NCBI GenBank assembly: GCA_008080735.1
Contig: SHMW01000002.1
Span: forward strand, 54,285-118,284
Direction of reading: 5' to 3'
DNA length: 64,000 bases
Source of the DNA: Promethearchaeota archaeon
GTDB lineage: Archaea; Asgardarchaeota; Lokiarchaeia; Sigyniarchaeales; SOKP01
The notes beneath the pieces were generated by a model that did no database searches, was not told the origin of the DNA, and saw only the letters and a program-made list of their open reading frames with translations. A program made the position numbers and the translations under genes. Shown in pieces: positions 1-10,579 of the stretch. Position 1 is the stretch's first letter; each line of letters opens with the position of its first letter.

Positions 1-264
1 TTCCTACATTTCCTTTTCTTCTCTTTCTTCTGAAAATTGAATATCACTTTTAGCTTTTAAAAGTATATCATTTTTGAATAATCATTCGTATAATATATTA
101 TAATACATTAAATTGGATTTAATCACTAAATAATAAAAATAGTTCTCTATTCGCTTACTAAAGATTTTACAATTATAGGAGAATAAAATTCATCAGAACA
201 AGATAAATAAGGAAATTCTTTTAATAATTAAATGAAATTAATATAAATATCAAGGGGCTTCTTT

Positions 265-609
265 TTGGAAAATATTCATCTGAAACAATTTGGCATCAAT
301 GGACGAGAAAAGGGCAAATTCATTATCGTTCTTTGTTCTAAATGGTGTAGATCTTGCAAATTACTTGCTAAGAAATTAAATGCTTTTATGGATGAGTGGA
401 AGATTGGATTTAAAGAAATAGATATTAGCGAAAATGGGCAGTTGGCTGCGAAATTAAATATTACCGCAATTCCTGCATTGATCTTTTTTGAAGATGGTAT
501 TTTATTGAATAAAGATATAGAAATGTACGGAGAACTAATAGTACGGAATGGTGTGATGATAGGTTCCTTTAACGACAACATCTTAGGAGAAATTATTAAT
601 CGAATATAA
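265..609 (+). CDS. Thioredoxin-family protein
   Basis: WCRSC CxxC motif and the 'NITAIPALIFF' cis-Pro segment of the Trx fold. Confidence 0.85.
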   Translation: MENIHLKQFGINGREKGKFIIVLCSKWCRSCKLLAKKLNAFMDEWKIGFKEIDISENGQLAAKLNITAIPALIFFEDGILLNKDIEMYGELIVRNGVMIGSFNDNILGEIINRI

Positions 610-625
610 ATAAGAATCTTCTATT

Positions 626-1117
626 ATGCCGATATGTACAAAATGCAACAACGAATCTAAACGTTCTAGAATGGAAGAGATCGATGATAAACTTATCTGC
701 TATTCCTGCCTTTACCAAGATTCTAAACCATTTGAGTTATATCCAATTGGATACATACAAAATGAATTAGAAAGAGGGCAAGGTTTTGGTGTGAAGGGAA
801 ATAAATCAAATCTTTCCAAAATCCATCTATTTAATTCTCAAAAACCTTATCTTCATAATTTAGATGAGGAGAAATATATTTTAGTTGTATATTATCTTCA
901 TAAGCCAAGAAAAATTAGATCTGTTTTTCGTCGAGGATTAGATGGAAAAAAAGTCGGAATTTTTGCCTCAAGAACTCCTGATCGCCCCTCTCATATAGGG
1001 ATTTCAAACGTGAAACTTATTAAGGTAGAAGATACCACATTATACGTAAAAAATTTGGATGCTATTGATGGCACACCCGTATTGGATATAAAATTAGGGG
1101 AGAACTCAAGATGGTAA
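626..1117 (+). CDS. TrmO/TsaA-like SAM-binding (tRNA methyltransferase) protein with N-terminal CxxC..CxxC zinc ribbon
   Basis: GIFASRTPDRP and LDAIDGTPVLDIK motifs; N-terminal CTKC...CYSC. Confidence 0.8.
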   Translation: MPICTKCNNESKRSRMEEIDDKLICYSCLYQDSKPFELYPIGYIQNELERGQGFGVKGNKSNLSKIHLFNSQKPYLHNLDEEKYILVVYYLHKPRKIRSVFRRGLDGKKVGIFASRTPDRPSHIGISNVKLIKVEDTTLYVKNLDAIDGTPVLDIKLGENSRW

Positions 1118-1262
1118 CATCTTTGCTATAGATTTATCTTTCGCTTAATGATTAACCTATAGAATGAGAAATTAATAATTTTATAATAACCTATTTTATT
1201 AGGAATAGTATTTTTTAACTGCTAAAATCTAATATAGAATAATAAAATATCGAAAAGATAAT

Positions 1263-2699
1263 ATGTCGTTTATCAAAAAAGAAATTAAAAAAAATACTTT
1301 TGGCGTTATTGTGGGTAATCGAGATGTATTTCCCACGAAACTAGCAAAAGAAGGGCGCGAAGAGATTATTCAAGTGCTTGATGAGTTAAACTTTAATTAT
1401 GTTATCTTAACTGAAAATGACACGGAATTTGGGGTAGTAGAAACTTATATGGACGCTAAAAAATGTGCTAAACTTTTTCAGGATAATAAGGATATAATAG
1501 ATGGGATCTTAATTGTTCTACCTAATTTTGGCGATGAGAAGGGCGTAGCCGATACGATAAAATTATCGGGATTGAATGTCCCCGTGCTTGTGCAAGCGTC
1601 TTCCGATGAGATCGGTAAGATGGGAAGAGCTCATAGAAGAGATGCATTTTGCGGAAAGATATCAGTATGTGGGGTATTACACCAATACGGAATCCCATAT
1701 ACCCTTACGGAACAGCATACATGCCCCATAAAATCGGAATTATTCAAGAGTGAACTTAGAAAGTTTGACAAAATTTGCAAAGTAGTAAAATCAATGAAAA
1801 ATGCTCGCTTTGGACAAATTGGAACACGACCGAATGCGTTCGATACTGTAAGATATAGTGAGAAATTATTACAATACTATGGGATAACAATAGAACCAAT
1901 TGATCTTTCCGAGATTTTTGGTAGAATTGATAAATTGGAACAAGAGGATCCTCGAATAAATAAGAAAATTGAATATATAAAATCCTATACCTCAACCGAC
2001 GTATTTCCGGAAGATGGGCTTCTGAAATTGGCAAAACTTGCTGTAATCGTGGAGGAATGGGTCGAGGAAAAAGAGCTTGATGGGTTTGCCTTTCAATGTT
2101 GGCCTTCAATCCAGGATAACTTCGGAGTCGTACCTTGCGCAGTTATGAGCATCTTTAGTGAAGGTTTAATCCCTGCAGCATGTGAAGTAGATATTGCAGG
2201 ATTAGTAGGTATGTATATATTGGAAGCTGCAACGGAAACTCCTTCTGCCATTCTAGATTGGAATAATAATTATGGTGAGAATCCTAATAAAATGGTCTTA
2301 TTCCATTGCAGTAATCTCCCAAAATCTTTCTTTAAGGATACGGAAATGACTATTCATCCCATTATTTCGGACCAAAAGGGAGGAGAGGTAAGTTTTGGAG
2401 CAATTCAAGGGCGAATCAAATCAGAACCATGTACCTTACTAAGAATAGAAACCGATGATCTTTCTGGACAGATTAAGGGAATAATTGCGGAAGGTAATTA
2501 TACAGAAGATCAGCTGGATACATTTGGAGGTTTTGGCGTAATAGAGATCCCAGAGCTCCAGAACCTCTTGAAAAAGGTTTGTAAAGGTGGTTTTGCTCAT
2601 CACGTCGCAGCAAGCTTAAATAAAGCCGGAGATATTATCTCCGAAGCTTTGACAACATATTTAGGGTGGAATATTGAATTTCATAATAAAAATCTCTAA
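1263..2699 (+). CDS. L-fucose/L-arabinose isomerase-family protein
   Basis: NFGDE, RRDAFCGK, QCW, ACEVD, FHCSN and GFAHH motifs typical of FucI-like proteins. Confidence 0.8.
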   Translation: MSFIKKEIKKNTFGVIVGNRDVFPTKLAKEGREEIIQVLDELNFNYVILTENDTEFGVVETYMDAKKCAKLFQDNKDIIDGILIVLPNFGDEKGVADTIKLSGLNVPVLVQASSDEIGKMGRAHRRDAFCGKISVCGVLHQYGIPYTLTEQHTCPIKSELFKSELRKFDKICKVVKSMKNARFGQIGTRPNAFDTVRYSEKLLQYYGITIEPIDLSEIFGRIDKLEQEDPRINKKIEYIKSYTSTDVFPEDGLLKLAKLAVIVEEWVEEKELDGFAFQCWPSIQDNFGVVPCAVMSIFSEGLIPAACEVDIAGLVGMYILEAATETPSAILDWNNNYGENPNKMVLFHCSNLPKSFFKDTEMTIHPIISDQKGGEVSFGAIQGRIKSEPCTLLRIETDDLSGQIKGIIAEGNYTEDQLDTFGGFGVIEIPELQNLLKKVCKGGFAHHVAASLNKAGDIISEALTTYLGWNIEFHNKNL

Positions 2700-2700
2700 A

Positions 2701-3795
2701 TTATTTTTTCCTTTTTATTATTAACTCTTTCTGAAAAAAACCCGATTGCAATATCTCTTGTCTTTTTTCAGTTATATCTGTAATAATTTCAAATGGATAG
2801 AGATTATTTACATTTTTCTTGTGAAGATAGTTCAATAATCGCTTTCTGGTTAAGTATATTGCGTATTTAGAATTATCCACTCCAATCCATCTTCTTTTTA
2901 ATTTCTCCGCAGCATAGAGCGTAGTGCCAGAACCACAATAAAAATCTGCTACTAAATCACCCTTGTGAGTTCCTATTTTAATTATCCTTTCCAATAATCT
3001 ATGATGTTTCTGAGTAGGATATCCTGTCCATTGTTTAGATGCGGGTTGCATACAGGGAATCCTCCATACATCATCCATTTTTTTATCATTAACGATACGA
3101 TAAATTAATTTTCCATTCTCATCTTTTGCATTCTTTAACGTTCCATTTACCATAACTCTTTTCAATTGCTTAATAGGTTTTTTTCTGGGGATTCGCAATT
3201 CATTAAAAGCATACTCATCAGACATAGAATAGACAAAAATAGTATCATGCGCTCGTGGCAGGTTATATTTTCCAGCAGAATATTTGTTATAGTAATACCA
3301 TACAATTGAATTCACAAAATTATTGATTCCGAATAAATCATCTAATATTGCTCGAATATAGTGGTTTGCGTGCCAATCAACATGGACAAAGATTAATCCT
3401 TGTGGAGATAAAAGTTTCTTAAAAAGATAAAATTGCTGATAGATTGTGTTTAGATATACATCTAAGCCACCTTGCCATTTATCATGATATGCGAGTGTTT
3501 CAAATTCCTTATCTCCCTCATATATTTGGATTTCATAATTAGTTCCAGAAAAAAACGGAGGATCCAAATAAAGTAAATCTATTTGCCCCTTGAACTTTGG
3601 TAATAAATTTAGCGCGACTTGGAGGTTATCACCCCAAAAAAGTTTATTTATCCAATCTTTATTCTTCCCATTAACTATCAAATCATATTTTAGTTTTGAA
3701 TTGAGTTCCACACGTTCAAAAGAAGTAAGGTTATTCTGGATATAGTCAATACTTTCTTCTAATTGTTCTTTACCATTCCAAATTAAATCTACCAT
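2701..3795 (-). CDS. Site-specific DNA methyltransferase (N6A/N4C, beta class, Mod-like)
   Basis: DPPF catalytic motif precedes YPTQK and the DFYCGSGTT SAM-binding motif. Confidence 0.9.
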   Translation of the reverse strand: MVDLIWNGKEQLEESIDYIQNNLTSFERVELNSKLKYDLIVNGKNKDWINKLFWGDNLQVALNLLPKFKGQIDLLYLDPPFFSGTNYEIQIYEGDKEFETLAYHDKWQGGLDVYLNTIYQQFYLFKKLLSPQGLIFVHVDWHANHYIRAILDDLFGINNFVNSIVWYYYNKYSAGKYNLPRAHDTIFVYSMSDEYAFNELRIPRKKPIKQLKRVMVNGTLKNAKDENGKLIYRIVNDKKMDDVWRIPCMQPASKQWTGYPTQKHHRLLERIIKIGTHKGDLVADFYCGSGTTLYAAEKLKRRWIGVDNSKYAIYLTRKRLLNYLHKKNVNNLYPFEIITDITEKRQEILQSGFFQKELIIKRKK

Positions 3796-3820
3796 TTCTA
3801 TTTTAATATAAATAGTTTAA

Positions 3821-5080
3821 TTATAAAAAAGGAAGTGAAAATATGTATATTGTAAGAATGGTTGAGGACACAAGCAAAAATATTGTGATTGATTGATAAA
3901 AAATTAAATGAATAGCATATTTTTTCTTATTCTTCTTTGTATCTAATACTTGGAGAGAATAAAATATCTTGTTTAAAATCGCAGCAGTCAGTCCAATGGC
4001 TAGTAATATGAGTGCTTGGCCACTGTTTATCAACCCACTTAGGAAGGCTGTGGTCACAAATAGCGATGATGCTCCCCCCGATAAGAGGCCAATGAGGAAG
4101 GAGATAAAGGAGTATGCTATAAAATTTTGAAGTATAAAGTAATCTAAGATAAAGGTAACTAAGAGTGCCAGAGCATATGTCCCGGTAAATATCAACGCAC
4201 TTTTTACTGACAATGGATTCTCAATTTTTCTAAATTTTAACTTAGTTTTCTTATTTTTCAATATTAGGAAAGACCCAAACAGCCCCACTGTCGCTGTTAG
4301 TAGAATAGGTAAAAACGCATATTGTAATAACTCCACAGCACCCAATAACAATATTAAAATCATACGCCCTAACATCGTTTGAATGACTAACCATATTGAA
4401 GCGGATGAGGCTCCAATTTCCGCCAACTGCATTGTAGTAGCTTCACTATGGGCAAACCCTCCTAAAAGAGAAATATAGTATAGATTATGCTCCGCTGAAT
4501 ACCTCAATAAGAAATAGCTGAAATATTTAATTGCCAATATGGTAATGAAAATAATGATTACAGACCTAAGATTGATATTAACAATTACAATATCTTCGGG
4601 TATAAGAATTAATAGCAAAACGACTATCGCGATGAATTGAACTGTTCCAGTCCATTCTATTCTTTGCAATTCTTTTATTTTATAAAATTGTTTTTTGGTT
4701 GAAAGGATAATTAGAAAAATTACTGAAATTGCTATTGATAAAACGAAATTATAATATGATAAAATCCCGACCACCATTGCTAAAATCATGGATAATGTTG
4801 TAGTATAGCCTGGATCTTCCTCGTGAAAAAGACGATACACACTTCCTATTAACAAAAAGAGGATCATACCTCCAATAGTAATGCTCAAAATCCACATTCC
4901 TATGTTTTCCAAATAATTTTCATAGAGAATTATTAAAGTCGTGGCAATTATAGAATAGAAGATATGATCTCGAGCACCATATTGAGCACTTTGACGAGTT
5001 CTTTCGATTCCCACGACAAATCCACAAAAAAAAGAAACGATAATTTTTACGAATAAGTTATAAAATTCTACTTGAGTCAT
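3821..5080 (-). CDS. MgtC/SapB (DUF4010-type) membrane protein
   Basis: GFVVGIER...GARD and GYTT MgtC-like motifs; many TM segments. Confidence 0.75.
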   Translation of the reverse strand: MTQVEFYNLFVKIIVSFFCGFVVGIERTRQSAQYGARDHIFYSIIATTLIILYENYLENIGMWILSITIGGMILFLLIGSVYRLFHEEDPGYTTTLSMILAMVVGILSYYNFVLSIAISVIFLIILSTKKQFYKIKELQRIEWTGTVQFIAIVVLLLILIPEDIVIVNINLRSVIIIFITILAIKYFSYFLLRYSAEHNLYYISLLGGFAHSEATTMQLAEIGASSASIWLVIQTMLGRMILILLLGAVELLQYAFLPILLTATVGLFGSFLILKNKKTKLKFRKIENPLSVKSALIFTGTYALALLVTFILDYFILQNFIAYSFISFLIGLLSGGASSLFVTTAFLSGLINSGQALILLAIGLTAAILNKIFYSLQVLDTKKNKKKYAIHLIFYQSITIFLLVSSTILTIYIFSLPFL

Positions 5081-5286
5081 AATTCACAACTATATATCCT
5101 TCTATATGCTATATATTTTATATATCTCTCTAGTAGTTTATGAAAATAACGCTTAAATCCTCTTAAATTTATTGATAATTGAAAATTGATTTAAATTTAA
5201 AAAATTGTTTTCTATAATTATTAAAATTTTATCACTATGATTAGAATTCATTTCATTAAATTTATTGCATTAATGAGTTGACTTAA

Positions 5287-6087
5287 ATGATGAATATTAC
5301 TATAGGGTGTGCTGGCTGGAGTTATAAAGACTGGATAGGGACATTCTATCCAAAGAATCTAAACGTCTCTGAACACTTAACATTTTATTCCAAATATTAT
5401 GACCATGTAGAAATTAACGCAACATTCTATAATTTGCCTTCTCAAGAGATGGTGATAAATTGGTCTAATCGAGTTTCAGATGATTTTCGATTTTCAGTTA
5501 AAGTATGGAAAGAAATTACCCATGAATCAGACCAAGATAATCTTGATTATATAATCGACCAATTTTTTACACAATTAGAACCACTTAATGATAAGATAAG
5601 TCATTATCTTCTCCAATTCCCACCTTGGTTTAAATTTTCTGAAAAGCATTTGGAGTATTTAAAAAAGATTATTAATAGACTACCTAAAACCAATAAATAC
5701 GTTATCGAACTGAGGGATAATGCGTGGTTTGAAGAAACCATAATCAACCAATTTGTATTTAAACCTAATATCATACTTGCGACATCTTATCTTGAAGATC
5801 TTGTACCTTATTATCAACCAAACCAAACTTCATATTATATTCGCTTAATTGGAGACCGAAAATTACAGACTTTTAAAGTGGTTCAAAGAGAAAAGAAAAA
5901 TGAAATAGATCAAGTACTTAGAAAAATAAAGCAACTCGAAAATGAGAAAACCATAAAAGAGATTTTTATTATTGTGAATAATCATTATACTGGATTTGCT
6001 CCTGAGACTGCAAATGAATTAAAAAAGCAGCTTGGTCAACCATTTCATCAATTTTCAACACAAAAAACATTAACTGACTTCTTATAA
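5287..6087 (+). CDS. DUF72 family protein
   Basis: IGCAGWSY.DW.GTFYP, VEINATFY, LLQFPP, YIRLIG, NNH motifs. Confidence 0.9.
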   Translation: MMNITIGCAGWSYKDWIGTFYPKNLNVSEHLTFYSKYYDHVEINATFYNLPSQEMVINWSNRVSDDFRFSVKVWKEITHESDQDNLDYIIDQFFTQLEPLNDKISHYLLQFPPWFKFSEKHLEYLKKIINRLPKTNKYVIELRDNAWFEETIINQFVFKPNIILATSYLEDLVPYYQPNQTSYYIRLIGDRKLQTFKVVQREKKNEIDQVLRKIKQLENEKTIKEIFIIVNNHYTGFAPETANELKKQLGQPFHQFSTQKTLTDFL

Positions 6088-6187
6088 ATAAAGTTATATA
6101 AATTAGAAAATCGAGACTGATTATGCCCTTAATAATTAGATTTTTATTCTATTACATAAACTCACATATCATAATAGACGTAAACTG

Positions 6188-6733
6188 GTGAACCTTATGA
6201 GTGATAAATGCGAAAATAATGTCGACAAAGATCTATTTTTAGATAAAATTGAGAAGCTCTCTTTAGAAATTGAAAAATTAACGTCAGAAGTCTATCAAAT
6301 GAAGCATAAGTTAGATAAAAGCAATAAAATTAATCGTTCATTTGGCTTAAAATCACTGGAAAGTTCTGAACCTCTAAATTTTGCTAAGGAAGTATTCGGA
6401 ATCGGAAGCCCGACAAAACGATATCTCCTATCAATAAGAGCTATTACAGAGATGTGGAAAAACCGCAAAAATGACTTTCTCATTACAATACGGCAGCAAG
6501 AAAAAGAAACTCATAAAGATCTTAAAGCATTAGGCATCCGTATTCCTATTGATGATATCAAACAAATTAGAACTTTATCTAGAGAGATCCTTTCTTTGTT
6601 ATATATCGCATGTGAACTGAAGGGAGTAGAGATTAACGAAATCTTGCGTGATATTTTGTTAGAAATTAATGAAGAAGGACTGGAAATGGTACGCGAGATA
6701 AAAAATAAAATGGTGTTAAAGAGCCATCCTTAA
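6188..6733 (+). CDS. Hypothetical protein: N-terminal coiled coil plus possible PC4-like domain
   Basis: Heptad pattern at residues ~15-50; ITIRQ...GIRIPIDDIKQI resembles a PC4-type beta-strands-then-helix unit. Confidence 0.55.
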   Translation: MNLMSDKCENNVDKDLFLDKIEKLSLEIEKLTSEVYQMKHKLDKSNKINRSFGLKSLESSEPLNFAKEVFGIGSPTKRYLLSIRAITEMWKNRKNDFLITIRQQEKETHKDLKALGIRIPIDDIKQIRTLSREILSLLYIACELKGVEINEILRDILLEINEEGLEMVREIKNKMVLKSHP

Positions 6734-6779
6734 ATATGAAAGAAACAATAAAAAGTTTGAAGTCCTTTAATTTTATAAT

Positions 6780-8171
6780 ATGGAAAGGTTCTTTTATCCC
6801 AACTCAATTGTAATCTTTGGTGCGAGTAAGAACGAAAAGAAAGGGGGAAATCACGTTCTTCGAAACATATTAAACTTTACCAGAGAAAATGTGTTTATAA
6901 TCCATCCTCGGCATCAAGAAATCTACGGAATTAAGTGTTATAGAGAAATTTCTAACCTTACACAAGAGGAGATTGATTTAGCAATAATAATCCTTCCCGT
7001 AGAATATGTGTTAGATACTTTAGAAGAGTGCTTACAGTTTGGAGTAAAATCCATTATTCTAGAATCGGGCTCTCTTTATATAAAAGATGAAAGTGACAAA
7101 AACTTAGAGAAACGAATTCAAGAAATCAAATCTAAAATTGGAGGGCATTATAGGAGCAGAATTATGGGACCAAATTCGATCGGGATATATTCTGCTAAAA
7201 AGGATGATAGTGGGCTTATTACTTCTCTCATTTATTTTGATAAGTTGCCAAAACTCAAAGAAAGAAATTTGGCCGTTGTTTCGCAGACAGGATTAACCCT
7301 TTCCGGGTTATTACAATCATATAATTATATTCAGGAATTAGGCATCTCTAAGATTGCGTCTATTGGTAATAAATTTGATGTGAATGAATCGGATATTCTT
7401 GATTTCTTAGAAAATGATGATGATACCGACGCAATTGGACTATATTTGGAAGATATTAAAGACGGTAATAGATTTAAAGAGCAATGCCGTCGTATTGTAA
7501 AAAAGAAGCCAATTATTTTACTTAAATCAGGAAAAACCGAAAAAGGGAAAAAAGCAATTATATCTCATACAAAATCACTTGCGGGCAATTATAAGGTCAT
7601 CGAAGCATTATGTAAGCAACTTGGCATCATTGAAGTGGATGATTTTGAAGAGATGTTTAACGTAGCTAAATGTTTGTTAAATCAACCGATTCCGAAGAAC
7701 AACCGAATTGGAATAATATCTATCTCTGGGGCTGGGACTGTCTTATCCTCGGATTTAAGCGAAAAATATGATCTGAGGCTAGTGGAGATGAATGAGACCC
7801 AAATTGAGGAATTACACCAAATTTTTCCAAAGTTTGCATGGCACGATATTTATAATCCATTAGATATTTGGTCAGCTGTGGAAAAGGTCGGGCCAGATAC
7901 TGCATATAAGTTCAGCGGGGATATTTTCCTTAAAGAAAATAATATTGACATCCTAATTTATTTTCTCACTGGAATCGAAGAGACTGAATTTGACTGGGAC
8001 ATCCTTCACGAATTCAATCAAAAATATCCCAACACTGCTATTTATATGGGATTCTTTGGAGGAGATAAAAAATTATTGCTCAAATGGAGAGAGGTTTTAG
8101 AAGACAAGTTAAATATCCCAACATTTGAATCTATCACTACCTTATTCCGAACAATATCCAAAATAATGTGA
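6780..8171 (+). CDS. Acyl/acetate-CoA ligase (ADP-forming), alpha-subunit-like
   Basis: FFYPNSIVIFGAS CoA-binding start, GPNSIG, SIGNKFDV, phospho-His SHT, NPLD. Confidence 0.85.
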   Translation: MERFFYPNSIVIFGASKNEKKGGNHVLRNILNFTRENVFIIHPRHQEIYGIKCYREISNLTQEEIDLAIIILPVEYVLDTLEECLQFGVKSIILESGSLYIKDESDKNLEKRIQEIKSKIGGHYRSRIMGPNSIGIYSAKKDDSGLITSLIYFDKLPKLKERNLAVVSQTGLTLSGLLQSYNYIQELGISKIASIGNKFDVNESDILDFLENDDDTDAIGLYLEDIKDGNRFKEQCRRIVKKKPIILLKSGKTEKGKKAIISHTKSLAGNYKVIEALCKQLGIIEVDDFEEMFNVAKCLLNQPIPKNNRIGIISISGAGTVLSSDLSEKYDLRLVEMNETQIEELHQIFPKFAWHDIYNPLDIWSAVEKVGPDTAYKFSGDIFLKENNIDILIYFLTGIEETEFDWDILHEFNQKYPNTAIYMGFFGGDKKLLLKWREVLEDKLNIPTFESITTLFRTISKIM

Positions 8172-8220
8172 TTAAAATAGAAAGATAAAAAAAGCAAATA
8201 ATTAGGAATAATTAGGCTTA

Positions 8221-8430
8221 TTAGGCTTGCATAGAAGCTGTTTTTTCATCTGGTTCTGCAACCGCATTCGCATATTCTCCCTTAATCTCCTCTAACTCGA
8301 GAGTCACAATTGTATGTCCTTGATGATTTTCCTCGAAATTATTTACTTTCACTTTGTTTTCTCGATTCCCAGGGTGAATAGGAACATATTGCTTGCACTT
8401 AATACATGCACGAGTACGAATAAATATCAC
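8221..8430 (-). CDS. Small putative zinc-binding protein (CxxC...HxxH)
   Basis: CIKC and HQGH motifs; fits between two genes. Confidence 0.7.
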   Translation of the reverse strand: MIFIRTRACIKCKQYVPIHPGNRENKVKVNNFEENHQGHTIVTLELEEIKGEYANAVAEPDEKTASMQA

Positions 8431-8476
8431 CTAAATCCGTTTTACATTATAGTAAAAATAAGAATATATTAAACTA

Positions 8477-8962
8477 ATGCTTAAAAATTATAAATTCGAT
8501 GAAATCATTCTATTTCTTGATGAAACAAATTTTACCTCCTTTAAAAATCGAGATTTGGACTATATTATGATGGGTACTTATTTGCTTATTATTGAAATAG
8601 CCAGACAATTTGTTGAAAATATTGGAGCAAAAGGAGCTATAACATTTTCTCCCGGATATTATATATATCTTGGGTCTGCGATGGGTAGAATAGGTTCATC
8701 CACGATTCTTAATAGGGTCAAACGGCATCTAAGAACTGCCAATGAAAAAAAAGTACATTGGCATATAGATTATTTATTGACAAACAAAAATACGCAAATA
8801 GTATCGATTCTGCTCTGTCCAAGTAGAATAAGATTAGAATGCGACATTGCATCTGAATTAGAAAAGAAAGCTGATGGATTGGTTGATGGATTTGGATCTT
8901 CTGATTGTAATTGCACAACTCACTTGTTTTATTACAGAAAATATCCCTCACATTTATTTTAA
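8477..8962 (+). CDS. DUF123 / GIY-YIG-like nuclease-domain protein
   Basis: GTYLL...GYYIYLGSA, RVKRH, HWHIDYL, GFGSSDC.C.THL. Confidence 0.85.
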   Translation: MLKNYKFDEIILFLDETNFTSFKNRDLDYIMMGTYLLIIEIARQFVENIGAKGAITFSPGYYIYLGSAMGRIGSSTILNRVKRHLRTANEKKVHWHIDYLLTNKNTQIVSILLCPSRIRLECDIASELEKKADGLVDGFGSSDCNCTTHLFYYRKYPSHLF

Positions 8963-9002
8963 TTTAGAATTATAATCAATCCGATGAGGGAAATAATTAT
9001 AA

Positions 9003-9398
9003 TTAATTCTGGGATAATACCGTATTTATTATGATTCCAATTTCACCCCAATTATCCATATTCTCATTTTCTTTCTTCCTTTTCTGTATCGTTCTCATTA
9101 TTGCCCAATCCCAAAGATCTATCGCATTTGCTGATATAGCCCCAAGCCAATAAGGAATCAAAAAATATATCGCCGAACCTATGGATGCAACAAGGATGAT
9201 GATATGCCATGTCACCCAAAAAGTATCTTCTTTATGTGGCTCTGGGGTGTGATAGGTTATTTTTGCCAATGAATCTATGAGGAAATGAGAAAAGAACGAT
9301 ATAAAGACAGTTAGGATATAATTCCAAGGAAATGGAGCATATTTAAAGCATATTATTTGGAGGACCACACCTGTGAGAATATGAGTGATAGCTTCCAT
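9003..9398 (-). CDS. Small membrane protein (His-containing, possibly metal-binding)
   Basis: Hydrophobic helices; TH and SHFLID motifs. Confidence 0.6.
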   Translation of the reverse strand: MEAITHILTGVVLQIICFKYAPFPWNYILTVFISFFSHFLIDSLAKITYHTPEPHKEDTFWVTWHIIILVASIGSAIYFLIPYWLGAISANAIDLWDWAIMRTIQKRKKENENMDNWGEIGIIINTVLSQN

Positions 9399-9543
9399 GT
9401 GTAATTAAATTAGTAGTATTTTTGAATAATAAATCGCAAATGTTTATTCTATCTGTAGAAAAGTCTTAAAAGTATTTAAACATGAAAGATGAAATGTTAT
9501 TAATAAATAAGAAATAAAAATTAAAAAGAAGAGTGAAAAAAAT

Positions 9544-10482
9544 ATGGGAATGTTAGATGGAAAATCCGCTATTATAACCGGTGCTGGGAGAGGATTGGGT
9601 AAAGAAGAAGCTTTAGCGATGGCTCGAGAAGGTTGCAATATCTTGATTAATGATTTAGGTGCATCTTTCGATGGTACCGGTAAAGAAACGAAAATTGCGG
9701 ATGAAGTTGCAGAAGAGATTCGAAACCTCGGTGTGAAAGCGGCTGCGAACTATGATTCCGTTACTGATTTTGATGCGGCTAAGGGGATGATAGATCAAGC
9801 TGTCTCTGAATTAGGTGGACTTGATATTATTGTAAATAATGCGGGAATTCTCAGAGATAGGATGTTATTTAACATGGCTGAGGAAGAATTTGACGCAGTT
9901 ATTGCGGTCCACTTAAAAGGCACTTTCAATATGATGCGCCATGCGGCAGCATTTTTTAGGACCGAAATTAAAGAAGGACGAATGAAAAAGAAGTCTGGGC
10001 GGATCATTAATACTGCCTCTGATGCGGGTCTGTTGGGTAACATGGGGCAATCAAATTATGGTGCTGCGAAGGCGGGTATTGCAGCAATGACGAATATCGC
10101 ATCAATGGAATTAAAAAAATATGCTACTGTGAATTGCATTGTACCTATGGCTAGAACTCGTCTTACAACCGATGCTACCCCCAAAATGATTGGTGTTATG
10201 AAAAGGAAAGCCGAATCTGGTATGGATGTATTTCATCCCTCAAATGTCGCTCCATTAGTAGTTTATTTGGCATCAAAGAAAGCCAGAAGAATCTCGGGAG
10301 AAGTCTTTAGAATTGCTGGGGACAAACTATGGGTTTTCGATGGGTGGCGTACTGTCGGCAGAGTTGACAATAATGGAGAGTCATTTACTCCTCAAAAAAT
10401 CGCAGATGTTATGCCTGGATTAATGGAAAAAAGACCAGAAAAACCAAGTATCTTGAATACAGCGGAAGAAGTTCTTGAATAA
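9544..10482 (+). CDS. SDR oxidoreductase, 3-hydroxyacyl-CoA dehydrogenase (MFE-2-like) type
   Basis: TGAGRGLG, INDLG, NNAGILRD, GNMGQSNYGAAK. Confidence 0.9.
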   Translation: MGMLDGKSAIITGAGRGLGKEEALAMAREGCNILINDLGASFDGTGKETKIADEVAEEIRNLGVKAAANYDSVTDFDAAKGMIDQAVSELGGLDIIVNNAGILRDRMLFNMAEEEFDAVIAVHLKGTFNMMRHAAAFFRTEIKEGRMKKKSGRIINTASDAGLLGNMGQSNYGAAKAGIAAMTNIASMELKKYATVNCIVPMARTRLTTDATPKMIGVMKRKAESGMDVFHPSNVAPLVVYLASKKARRISGEVFRIAGDKLWVFDGWRTVGRVDNNGESFTPQKIADVMPGLMEKRPEKPSILNTAEEVLE

Positions 10483-10579
10483 AAGAATTTATAAATTTTC
10501 TTTATTTCTTTTCTTTTTCAATATCTCTCATTCTTTTAAATATCAGAATAATTGGTTTGCTTATAATTTTTTAAGGATT

